DNA of 61,527 nucleotides from a virus. Taxonomy: Duplodnaviria > Caudoviricetes. Within the stretch, counting starts at the first letter, position 1. The number at the start of each line of letters is the position of its first letter. The stretch lies in the IMG/VR virus record IMGVR_UViG_3300009506_000028, positions 1-61,527 of that record. One strand, 5' to 3'. A program made the translations under genes and the position numbers. Below, one piece after another: positions 47,825 through 57,200 of the stretch. The notes beneath the pieces were generated by a model. That model saw only the letters and a program-made list of their open reading frames with translations, searched no databases and was not told the origin of the DNA.

Positions 47825-48682
47825 ATGCCAGAATTTGGTAGTGAGAAAAATCTCGCTTTGTGGGATGCGGTGGAGAAAACAGACTCCGCTTATACCAAGG
47901 AGTATAGCGGCGCTGGTGGCTTCTCCGGTACCTCTATTAATGTCACCTACCTGGTGAAAAAGGCCACTAAATACCTTGGGGCGCTTGGTATTGGGTGGGG
48001 TTATGAGATTGAAGAGGAGCGCTACGATAGTGGTGCACCGCTTTCGGTTAAAGGTGAGCCAGCCAAGGACGCGGAAGGCATGACCGTCCGCGCCATGGTT
48101 CACACTATCAAACTCAAGTTTTGGTACCGCGATCCACAAACTGGAGACCGTGGTGAGCTTGTTCATTATGGCCACACTCCTTATGTCTACGCTAATAAGT
48201 ACGGCGTTCAGACCGATATGGAGGCACCGAAAAAATCCCTCACTGACGCCCTGAAAAAATGCCTGTCAATGCTCGGCTTTGCTGGTGATATCTTCATGGG
48301 TCTTTATGATGATATTCATTACCTAAATGAGATCAGGGATGAATTCGCTATCAAAAAGGCCGATGACAAGGTGGCGGAGAAGGCTAAGCAGGAATCGGAG
48401 TTCGAGGACTGGTATGCCAAGGTCGTTGAGCAAGTGGAGAACGCAGTCAATATGACCATGCTGGAGGCGGTATTCAAGGGGGCTGCCCGTAAGTTGGCCT
48501 ATCGTAAGGATGATATCAAGCTCATGGAACTGACCAAGCTAAAAGATGCAAGGCGTGAGCATTTTGAGAAACTTGCTAATGCCGTGAAACCACAAAAAGC
48601 GGCACCAAACAAGAAGGCCGCGCCAGCAAAAAACCAACCCGTAACAGAGGAGAAGTCAGAAAATGAGCCAGAAACCAAGTAA
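47825..48682 (+). CDS. ssDNA-annealing recombinase (Rad52/Sak-like)
   Basis: G..GIGWGY..EAPKKSLTDAL.K.LS.LGF..DIFMG..DD; next to Gp157. Confidence 0.7.
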   Translation: MPEFGSEKNLALWDAVEKTDSAYTKEYSGAGGFSGTSINVTYLVKKATKYLGALGIGWGYEIEEERYDSGAPLSVKGEPAKDAEGMTVRAMVHTIKLKFWYRDPQTGDRGELVHYGHTPYVYANKYGVQTDMEAPKKSLTDALKKCLSMLGFAGDIFMGLYDDIHYLNEIRDEFAIKKADDKVAEKAKQESEFEDWYAKVVEQVENAVNMTMLEAVFKGAARKLAYRKDDIKLMELTKLKDARREHFEKLANAVKPQKAAPNKKAAPAKNQPVTEEKSENEPETK

Positions 48683-49286
48683 CCAGGAACCGCACCTCTA
48701 TGAGTTGACAGGCGAACTCGTCGCCCTGCAGAAACTCGCGGAGTCAGAGGATGGCATCCCGGATGAGGCCTTTAACGACACATGGGAATCCTTGATGTTC
48801 CCGGTGGAACAAAAGGCGGAGGCGCTGCTCAAGGTAGTCAAGAATATGGACTCATCGGTGGAGATCCTGGATAAGGAAATAAAGCGCCTTACCGCCAGAA
48901 AGACGGCGATTAAAAACCGTCAGGATAGCCTCCGTGAGTACCTGCGGATGAATATGGTCCGCGGCAACATCAACAAGATCACCTGTCCATTGTTCGGTAT
49001 CACCCTGGCAAAGGCCACGGACCAGCTTGAGATCACCGATGAGAAGGAGCTCCCGGATGACTACATGAAGGTAGAGACGGTGATCACCCCGAAAAAGAAG
49101 GAGCTCCTGGACGCGCTCAAGCAACTCAAGGCCATCACGGCACAGATGAAAGAGGACGGTGGCGATCCTAACGAAATCGGCAAGCTGCTCAAGGATATCC
49201 CAGGCATCGAATACGATGATCAAGGGTTCCCTTACCTTCCAGGTGCCAAGATTATCGAAGGCAAGCGGTCACTGAGGATCAAATAG
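48663..49286 (+). CDS. Siphovirus Gp157 family protein
   Basis: LYELT..K......N......EIKRL..RK...N....LREYL..GAKI...SLRIK. Confidence 0.85.
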   Translation: MSQKPSNQEPHLYELTGELVALQKLAESEDGIPDEAFNDTWESLMFPVEQKAEALLKVVKNMDSSVEILDKEIKRLTARKTAIKNRQDSLREYLRMNMVRGNINKITCPLFGITLAKATDQLEITDEKELPDDYMKVETVITPKKKELLDALKQLKAITAQMKEDGGDPNEIGKLLKDIPGIEYDDQGFPYLPGAKIIEGKRSLRIK

Positions 49287-49456
49287 TGGATGGTTTTCAG
49301 CAAAAAATCGTCTCCAGGGCATTAGATAACCCCGATGTTCTGACTGAGTGGGAGTATATCTTTATCAACTCCATTGCTGATCGTGACCGTCCCCTTACCG
49401 AAAGACAGGAGGCGGTCCTTAACCGCATCCTCAAAAAACTGGATGAGGCGCTATGA
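49286..49456 (+). CDS. Small hypothetical protein (56 aa, not in ORF track)
   Basis: GTG overlaps the Gp157 stop; LTEWE..FINSI....LTERQ..VL.RI. Confidence 0.55.
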   Translation: MDGFQQKIVSRALDNPDVLTEWEYIFINSIADRDRPLTERQEAVLNRILKKLDEAL

Positions 49457-49573
49457 GGAGCGTCGTCGTCTGGTACCAAGGCGGCCGGTACTATATTCCG
49501 GCCGCTACTACCATGCGGGCACTGCGGCTTATGCTTGGGTCCCGTTATCAACTGAAATGGAGAGGAGAGTAAT

Positions 49574-49993
49574 ATGGCGAATGTAAGGCCTTTTATGGAT
49601 ACCCTGCGCGATCTCCGTAATGGCCGCACCCACGACGAATTGAGCGATCAACTCAATGAGCTGGTGGAGGCGGTCATTGCTACCCGCAAGAAGGGAACCA
49701 TCACCCTGACTATCAATGTCCAGCCAGCCACCAAGGCACATGATGGCTCGGCGCTTTTGCTCAGTGATGAGATCAAGCTGGTAAAACCGAAGTTCGACCG
49801 CGGTGCCAGTATCTTCTACGCCACCCCTGAAAATAATCTGCAGCGGGAAGACCCGAAACAGCGCAAGCTGAACCTGGAGGGTTTTGATGGCGGTGTCGAC
49901 CGTGATACCGGTGAACTGGTAGCGGCTCCGGCAGAGAAGCGCCCGGCCGCGGAACTGGAGGCTGTTGAGCGTAAACCGGTCAACTATGACTAA
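49574..49993 (+). CDS. Conserved phage protein partnering DUF2303
   Basis: F.DTL.DLR.G..EL...L.ELV.AV..T.KKG.ITL..IF.ATPE.NL.R.DP.Q. Confidence 0.75.
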   Translation: MANVRPFMDTLRDLRNGRTHDELSDQLNELVEAVIATRKKGTITLTINVQPATKAHDGSALLLSDEIKLVKPKFDRGASIFYATPENNLQREDPKQRKLNLEGFDGGVDRDTGELVAAPAEKRPAAELEAVERKPVNYD

Positions 49994-50046
49994 TTGACCC
50001 GATTATCGGGGCAATGAAATCCATAGCAACCTAGAAGGATAGATAT

Positions 50047-50877
50047 ATGGACCTAACTAAAGAAGTAATCGATGCTCTTATTGGCATGGGGATGAAAAAT
50101 TCCGGTGTGATGAGCCTTGGTAAGGAGGGGGAAGATGGCGGTATTCCCTTTGTCTACCTACCAAAAGATGTGGAAACTCATTCACTGGAAAAATATCTCC
50201 CTCACCCTATCCGTAAGCGGGCAAAGATCCACGTTCGTGATGCTGACAGCTTTATCAGCTATGTCAACAAACACAATACCGGTGATGCGGTGGTCTTTCA
50301 TGACATCCATGATCGCAAGATCAAGGCATGCCTGGATTATCACTCAGAGACCGAAGCCAATCACGGCGATCATGGGGTTGTCTTTAATTGTCCGACTACC
50401 CTGGAGTTTGGGGCCTGGACAGCTCATAACGGCAAAAAGATGAAACAGCGGGACTTCGCTGCTTTCATGGAAGATAACTGTAAGGACGTGGTTGAACCCT
50501 CCAGTGCTGACATGCTGCAGATCGCCCAGTCCTTTGATGCCAAGCGAAACGTCACCTTTTCCTCCGATGTTCGTCTGGATAACGGGGATGTAAAACTGGA
50601 GTATGTCCAGGAGACTGCTGCCTCTGCCGCCAAGGGTTCAATTGAGATCCCGGAGAAGTTCTCCATTGGTATCCAGGTGTTTGAAAACGGCAAGGGTTAC
50701 AAGGTTGAGTGTCGTCTCAAGTACCGTATCGAGGACGGTGTTCTCATCCTGTGGTATGAAATCATTAACCTTGATGCGCTTCTGCAGGAGGCTTTCCAGG
50801 CTGAACTGGACAAGGTGAAAGCGGGCATTGGTGAGGATGTAATGTTCATCAATGGTGATATTAACAGCATGGGATAA
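50047..50877 (+). CDS. DUF2303 (YfdQ) family protein
   Basis: SFI.YV..H, LDYH, W....GK.M.Q..FA.F.EDN, IPE.F.I.I.VF. Confidence 0.88.
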   Translation: MDLTKEVIDALIGMGMKNSGVMSLGKEGEDGGIPFVYLPKDVETHSLEKYLPHPIRKRAKIHVRDADSFISYVNKHNTGDAVVFHDIHDRKIKACLDYHSETEANHGDHGVVFNCPTTLEFGAWTAHNGKKMKQRDFAAFMEDNCKDVVEPSSADMLQIAQSFDAKRNVTFSSDVRLDNGDVKLEYVQETAASAAKGSIEIPEKFSIGIQVFENGKGYKVECRLKYRIEDGVLILWYEIINLDALLQEAFQAELDKVKAGIGEDVMFINGDINSMG

Positions 50878-50905
50878 ATTGCCCATAGTGAAGTAAAAAG
50901 AACAG

Positions 50906-50937
50906 GTGGGCGGAGCCATCCGCCCTCCTTTTGTTTC
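50906..50937 (+). terminator. Terminator
   Basis: gggcgga/tccgccc hairpin followed by a T-rich tract. Confidence 0.55.
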
Positions 50938-50964
50938 CATCGTTGAAATCTGAGGTAAATACCG

Positions 50965-51549
50965 ATGGCTAGAGGCATTAATAAAGTAATCCTTGTCGGC
51001 AACCTGGGGCAGGACCCCGAGGTCCGTTACACCGCTAACGGGTCCGCTGTTGCCAATATCTCCGTCGCAACATCTGAACAATGGACCGATCGCCAGTCAG
51101 GGCAAAAACAGGAAAAAACCGAGTGGCATAGGGTGATCATGTTTGGCCGCCTCGGAGAGATAGCCGGCGAGTACCTACGCAAGGGATCTCAGGTTTACCT
51201 GGAGGGAAAGCTACAGACCCGCAAATGGACCGACCAGCAAGGCGTAGAGCGCTATACCACCGAGATTGTTGCCAATGAAATGCAGATGCTAGGCGGCCGT
51301 GACAATAGTAATGGTGCCGGGTATCCGGATAATCGAAACCACTATGATGGCGGACAAGGTGGAGCTCGTCCGCAACAAGGCGGTGGCCAGAATACTGGCG
51401 GAAGAGGTGGAGCTTCACAGCAAGGTGGTGGACGACAAGCTCCACAGCAAGGTGGTGGTCGTCCGACCCCACAACAAGGCGGAAGGGCTGCACCACCACC
51501 ATCAGGTGGCAGCAACTTCGATGACTTTGATGATGACATTCCGTTTTAG
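50965..51549 (+). CDS. ssb: Single-stranded DNA-binding protein
   Basis: [25 protein letters not shown]..; C-terminal DDDIPF. Confidence 0.97.
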   Translation: MARGINKVILVGNLGQDPEVRYTANGSAVANISVATSEQWTDRQSGQKQEKTEWHRVIMFGRLGEIAGEYLRKGSQVYLEGKLQTRKWTDQQGVERYTTEIVANEMQMLGGRDNSNGAGYPDNRNHYDGGQGGARPQQGGGQNTGGRGGASQQGGGRQAPQQGGGRPTPQQGGRAAPPPSGGSNFDDFDDDIPF

Positions 51550-51558
51550 GATTTACCC

Positions 51559-51846
51559 ATGGAACCGACCGAAGTACAGAAAAGACTCAAGGATATCGCT
51601 GCCAAGCGCGGTGATAATTACTCTAACCTGGTTTACCTCATCGCAAGGGGCCGCCTGGCTGCCACCATCTTGCGGGGTAAAGGTGAGCCTCAGCCCAATT
51701 TCATCATGGATACCGTCGACATGTGTATCCGCTCCTATGCCAAGGCAGTGGGTCTTGGTGATGCTGTAAATGCGGAGGAGGCCATCAAGGAGGCCGATGA
51801 CCTGATCTCCCTCCTCAAAGAGGAACAGGCCAATGGGGAAACGTAA
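51559..51846 (+). CDS. Hypothetical protein
   Basis: 95-aa helical ORF. Confidence 0.6.
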   Translation: MEPTEVQKRLKDIAAKRGDNYSNLVYLIARGRLAATILRGKGEPQPNFIMDTVDMCIRSYAKAVGLGDAVNAEEAIKEADDLISLLKEEQANGET

Positions 51847-52477
51847 ATACAGGAAAGACCTGGAGACGATCAGCTTTATCCGTTTAGCCATCCTGCAGCG
51901 GGCAAGAATGCTGCGGGATCTCTCCGAGTCTCTGGTGGATGATATCGCGCTGTTTGCCAATATCCTGGTGGACACCATCACCCATGATGGGAATGTATAT
52001 ATTGCAGGGAATGGCGGCAGCGCTGGTGATGCCCAGCACTTTGCCGCTGAACTGGTTGGCCGTTTTGGCAAAGACAGGCCAGGCCTTCCAGCGATAGCGC
52101 TCACCACAGACACCTCGATCTTGACCGCTCTAGCCAATGACTACGGCTATGAGTCGGTGTTCTCCAGGCAGATCCAAGCGATAGGCAGGCCAGGTGATCT
52201 CCTTATTGCCATGACCACCAGCGGAAAAAGCCAGAACATCATAGCGGCGATCAGAGAGGCTAATGCCATTGGTATGGGGGTTGTCTTAATGACAAACAAT
52301 AAAATATCAGCCTCTACCGTGGTAACCAGGGAGGGAGGTGCCGGGAACATTATCATCAAAGTGCCGGTACCAGAAACGGGTTCTGACTACGTTCAGGAGG
52401 CCCACATGGCAATCCTGCACATCCTTTGCGGCCTGATAGATACCGCGCCCATCGAGATCACTATGGATGACACCTGA
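51833..52477 (+). CDS. gmhA: Phosphoheptose (sedoheptulose-7-phosphate) isomerase
   Basis: GNGGSA.DAQHFAAEL.GRF, ANDYGY..VFSRQ, TSG.S.N, QE.H..ILH; the His/Glu/Gln/His active-site set is present. Confidence 0.93.
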   Translation: MGKRKYRKDLETISFIRLAILQRARMLRDLSESLVDDIALFANILVDTITHDGNVYIAGNGGSAGDAQHFAAELVGRFGKDRPGLPAIALTTDTSILTALANDYGYESVFSRQIQAIGRPGDLLIAMTTSGKSQNIIAAIREANAIGMGVVLMTNNKISASTVVTREGGAGNIIIKVPVPETGSDYVQEAHMAILHILCGLIDTAPIEITMDDT

Positions 52478-52820
52478 ACAGCGCATCACCAGGATGCAGG
52501 AGGAGGGCAGGGAGCGCCAGCGGGCCAGGCTGGAGAAAAGCAAGGAGGCCGCCAAAGATATAGCGGCGGCATTCCCTATTTTACAGGACCCGTTTCTGCA
52601 GCTCCTCAAGGAGGAGTATGGGGCTCGTGTTGTAGTGGTTGAGAACTTGGTAACCGGGCAGCGCATTGACCAAACAGAGAAATATGAGGCGCTGGATCAG
52701 GCATGGAAAGAACAAAACCTTCACATAGTTCAGGAGAGACGACGTGATACTGACACCGATAGAGACGATCATGATAGCCACCGCCATCAAGGCGCAAGGC
52801 GGCGTAGTCGTCGTAACTAA
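52467..52820 (+). CDS. Hypothetical protein between heptose genes
   Basis: 117-aa ORF overlapping both neighbours. Confidence 0.5.
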   Translation: MTPEQRITRMQEEGRERQRARLEKSKEAAKDIAAAFPILQDPFLQLLKEEYGARVVVVENLVTGQRIDQTEKYEALDQAWKEQNLHIVQERRRDTDTDRDDHDSHRHQGARRRSRRN

Positions 52821-53217
52821 CGGCTGCTTTGACCTCATCCATACCGGACACGCTGACTTTCTTACCAAGGCCAAGCGGCTCGGTGACTGCTTGATTGTCC
52901 TGGTAAATAGTGATGAGTCTATTACCCGATTAAAGGGTGAAGATCGGCCGGTGATACCACTGGATCAGCGTATGAAGATGCTGGACATGCTCAAGCCGGT
53001 AGACTTTGTTACCCATTTCAGTGCCGACACACCGCGGGATCTCATCTGCTCCATTGATCCTGACGTGCTGGCCAAGGGTAATGATTATTTATCTGCTGAA
53101 ATTGCCGGCTCTGAATGCGTCATGAACAGAGGCGGTAAAGTAGAGATAGTGGAAAGTGACCGTTCCACATCGACCACCATGATAATTAATAAATTATTTA
53201 ACAGGAGAGATCTATGA
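52744..53217 (+). CDS. hldC: Heptose-1-phosphate nucleotidyltransferase (stand-alone RfaE/HldE domain II, HldC-type)
   Basis: TNGCFDLIHTGH, NSD.SI.RLKG..RP, F..DTP..LI..I.PDVL.KG.DY, STT.II. Confidence 0.9.
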   Translation: MILTPIETIMIATAIKAQGGVVVVTNGCFDLIHTGHADFLTKAKRLGDCLIVLVNSDESITRLKGEDRPVIPLDQRMKMLDMLKPVDFVTHFSADTPRDLICSIDPDVLAKGNDYLSAEIAGSECVMNRGGKVEIVESDRSTSTTMIINKLFNRRDL

Positions 53218-53549
53218 ATAAGTTCCCACTGCTACCTCTGTACCAATGTCACAAGAAAGTGAGGGCGGCGAAGATCCTGGAAATCATTGGGCCACACCAT
53301 AACGGTGGAGAAGTAGCTCAGTACGGGCTCAAGGTTGATTGTTCCTGCGGGCCACTCATTGTGGATCAATACTGGATTGACCGCTTCAAACCGGTGGTTG
53401 GTGGCTATTTCGTTGCCTATGAGGATGGTTACGTCTCATTTTCTCCGGCTGAGGCCTTTGAGGGCGGCTACACCAAGCTGTGTGAAGGAGAGGATTGTCC
53501 ACCGTCTGACCATCTTCCGGGCATTGAGGGAGGCGGCATCCATGAGTGA
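53214..53549 (+). CDS. Conserved phage protein
   Basis: YQCHK.V.A.KI..P.VGGY.V.YEDGY.SFSPA..FE.GY. Confidence 0.75.
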   Translation: MNKFPLLPLYQCHKKVRAAKILEIIGPHHNGGEVAQYGLKVDCSCGPLIVDQYWIDRFKPVVGGYFVAYEDGYVSFSPAEAFEGGYTKLCEGEDCPPSDHLPGIEGGGIHE

Positions 53550-53793
53550 TACACCAGAAAATACCGCAACCCTCTCCAGTCCCCTGGCGGCTCTCACTGA
53601 CACAGAGGTCAAAATGGTGTTAAAGCACCGGGTTGATATCTTTGTGAAGTATTACAACAAACCAGCTCAGGCCGCGGAGGTGGCGAAAAAGATGGGAAGG
53701 GATCAGTTTATTGCTGCGTCCGATGGTTTGTATGAAGTGATCCATGAACTCAAATCCAGGGGACTAGAAAAGTTCACCACTGATACACAATGA
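53542..53793 (+). CDS. Hypothetical protein
   Basis: Start at ATG 53542 with GGAGG RBS. Confidence 0.6.
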   Translation: MSDTPENTATLSSPLAALTDTEVKMVLKHRVDIFVKYYNKPAQAAEVAKKMGRDQFIAASDGLYEVIHELKSRGLEKFTTDTQ

Positions 53794-53820
53794 TATCATT
53801 GTGATATCAACTTGATATCA
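53791..53820. repeat. Three perfect TGATATCA palindromes at 11-bp spacing
   Basis: Copies at 53791, 53802, 53813. Confidence 0.8.
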
Positions 53821-53851
53821 AGCTGAAACATAGACACACAGGAGAGTTATC

Positions 53852-54235
53852 ATGTTGAATCGTCGCAGTTTTTTACAGAAAGCGGCCGGTGCATCCCTTG
53901 GAGCTACTGGTCTTATCATGCTACCAAGCACCAGCGCCAAGGCTCTCCTGGAGGAGGGTCAGACCATCATCACCCCGGATGATGTGCGTAATGAGGGTAA
54001 GGTGATCACCTCTCAGGAGTACCTGGATGAGGTGGTGGAGGAGGCCAAGTTCGGAGATAACCTGGCGCAAATCGTTCTCAATGCCAGGGGCCCGATCACC
54101 ATCTACCGGGAAAGTGGTCGATTGGAAAACAATGCGGAGCTGTTCGTGGTCTACGGTGACACCACTGCCGGTGACAGGTTCAGCCAGCACGACAAGTATA
54201 AGTTGGCCTGGGCAAGCAGACAAAACCGATTCTAA
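53852..54235 (+). CDS. Twin-arginine (Tat) signal-bearing protein
   Basis: MLNRRSFLQ, hydrophobic stretch, then AKA; AGGAG RBS. Confidence 0.75.
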   Translation: MLNRRSFLQKAAGASLGATGLIMLPSTSAKALLEEGQTIITPDDVRNEGKVITSQEYLDEVVEEAKFGDNLAQIVLNARGPITIYRESGRLENNAELFVVYGDTTAGDRFSQHDKYKLAWASRQNRF

Positions 54236-54282
54236 AAAATCGCCACAGCCCTTATATTGCGCGGGTTGTGGCGTTTTCTTTC
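54234..54282. terminator. Bidirectional terminator between convergent arms
   Basis: cgccacagccc/gggttgtggcg stem flanked by an A-run and a T-run. Confidence 0.7.
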
Positions 54283-57200
54283 CTACCTGTAAACCTCTCT
54301 ATACCAACTAATCGCCTTTGATAACATTTCCCTTTCCTTGGGTGTTAGGGTATGGAGGAACCTGATCCTGTCTTTCTTGGCGATTGTCCCGAGTGGATGG
54401 GCGTTTTCAATTGACCGACCGAGATCCTTCCAGGTTACTCCCATCTGCGCCAGCTCGCGGCGGTACCGCTTGGCGGCTGCCTGATCCCCGTAGCGTAGTG
54501 CTATTTTGTAATTGCGTAACGCAACACTGCGCGGAGTCTGGAAAGTGCTGGATCCCTCGATACCCTTCACCTTTCTGTTCCAGTCGTGAACCAAACCCTT
54601 GATCCTGTTGTAGGCGATCTCTCCAGGGTCTCGGCGGTAGATGATGGCCCCAGTCCAGGATCGTGCATACCCTCGAGTAGGCGCTCCAGTCAGCCAGTCA
54701 TACTCATTTTCCAGGCTGAACAGCCGCACCGCTTCACGCTTGCGGTCGCTCATCGGTCTCGGATTGAAAACATCAGGCCAAAAGGATTGACCAGATAGAA
54801 GCTCCACCGGCGTCCTTATCACCGGAGTAACCCCGCCAACCACCTTATTAATCGGGGCTTTCAGGATGGCGGTCATAACATCACCCCAGGAAGCGCGGCC
54901 CTTGTCGATCTCGGTCATGGCGGCTACTGCATTCTCAAATCCAAACCATGCCAGGTAATCAGACAGGGCACCCTGGAACTTGATGGATCTGACCTTGCCG
55001 TCTGAGTCCTTCCCAAGGTTAATGTGTAGGCGCATCCGCTCGGTGACATCGAGATCGTCCTCATCATCACCAAAGAACAGATTGTTAAAGAGCTGCACCG
55101 CGCCATAGAGAAATGCCATCCGCACCAGTAGGCTGGTGGTGAGGACTGCCCCCACTCTACCGGTAGACCCTATGCCCTGACCCCAGGCGTTCCTGAACAG
55201 GCGGGTATACCGTGAGGTGTTGATCTCGAGCCAGGAATAGAATGGGATCAGCTTGTTACGGATCTGCATACCGTAGGCGGAGACGTTGCCGTAGTCGCCT
55301 ATCGCCTCACGGGCCAGGATGCCGGCAGCATCACGGTAGTCGGATTTAAGTAGCGTCTCTACCATTTCCGGATTGGATGCCCCCCAGCCCACCTCCGCCA
55401 GGTTCTCACCTCCAGCCAGGCGATCAGCATAATCAAGATAGGCTGCGTACCTCATCCAGTTTTCACGAAAGCGGGTAAAGTCCTGCAGGCCATTCCATAC
55501 CTTGTAAGCAATTGACCCAGCCCAATCCTTGAGACCTTTAACCTCCTTGGTTTGTGTCAGTCGGCCATATTTATCCAGGGCATTGATATCAGGGATCTCC
55601 TGGATGGACAGGCCGGAATCAAATACCCCGCGCTCTACCGCTTCCAGGTACCGAGGACTTGGATCGGCTCCGTGCATAACAGACCATAGTTCCTTAATGG
55701 CCTCAGGGAGACGGCTCAACATGTGGGGGTTGGCGGCGATCGCGGCATCCATATCACCGGACAGGTTATTGAGGTTGTACTTGATGACGCGACGGGGGTT
55801 AATCAGAACCCACCGTTTCCAGTGCCTCAGCGGTACCGCCAGAACTTTGTCAAAGACTCCCTCCTCAGTCAGCTCGCGCATGTTGTCCATGGTATCCGCC
55901 AGTGCCTCAGGGAGAACCAGCTCGCGCTTCTTTCCTCCCATCATGAGACCGGTGCGTATCCCTTGCAGCATTTCAGCGGCAGTGAGGGTGATATCCTGCG
56001 GCAGAATCTCGTCCTGGCTGGCCACATCCACCACCATGTCCAGGAAGTGATCAAGCGCCTGCTCGCTGACGGTCTGCCCTCGATACCAGACGTTGCCTTT
56101 CTCTGGCTGCCAGATCCGGTACCCTGACGGGATGATGGTGCGCCAGTCGTTGCGGCCCATGCCGGCGTCCTTGGCTTGCTTCTTAATCTCCGGCAACTTG
56201 TCATAGTTGGCGCGGATGCGCTCAATGGTATCGATCATCTTCATGTCGACCATGGCCCGCTGCATGAACTCGAACTCGGCCTCTATGTAGTTGGCGTTGA
56301 TATCCTCCAGGGAACCGGCGCGGTGCTTGGCATACCCTGGTTTAGGTTTCTTCACCTTCGAGGATCCGGCAGCGATCTGCTGCATGCGGGCATAGGTGAG
56401 GACCTGGTGACGGAAATAGGCCGGGTTTTTCAGTGTCTCAGCGCTGAGGACTCCTCGATTAACCAGGCCAGCGGTGATCTTGTCGATCTCATCCTTCCTG
56501 GTTTTCAGGCGTTGCCTTACCAGGTCATTATTGGCTACCGCCTCATCGGTGCGCCGCTTGGCTTGTGTCAGGCTCTCATGGTCAAGGGCAAAGGGGAGAT
56601 CGTGGCCGATGCTATCCTCGTAAGCCAGGTCATCAAGGAGAACCTTGAGACTGAACAGCTCGTAATCTGCCGGGTTCATGCCGCGGGTGATCTTGTCCAG
56701 GATGCGCTCAGCGGCATCCTTCGAGGCCTGTGGCGCGGCTTCCATCTGGCGTAAAGCCTCGAGCGCCTGGGCATACTCAGGAATTACAGGGAGGTTCTGA
56801 TAGTGGCGGGTGAATCCCTCTTTTATCTCGGTACCCCAGTCGCGGATCTTTTCCCTGAGGGTGCGCTGGTCCGCCAGTCCCTTGCGGGCATCCTCGATAC
56901 GGGTGCGAGTTTCCTCTGGCATGCTGTTAATGATATCGGCGGCCGCGTTGTATGGAGATCCCTTCTCCTCAGCGATCTCCCCTATCATCTGCTCACCAAA
57001 TATCAGACCATGTGTAGGTATAAGTTCTGGCTTCTGTTGTCGTATCGACTCCCCATCGGTAGTGATGGCATCAGTAAAGATGTTTAAGTGGATAGCGGAC
57101 TCTATTCTGTGTCTCAGGTAATTGTTTGGTACTTGGGTAATAAATAACTGCTGCCCTCCGGTTTGAACAGCGAAGTTCCTGGCTATTTCCTGAATTGATT

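Noticed and set aside
51833-52477. DiaA (DnaA-associated paralogue) instead of GmhA
   Set aside because: It keeps the catalytic Glu in QHFAAEL and lies next to a heptose nucleotidyltransferase.
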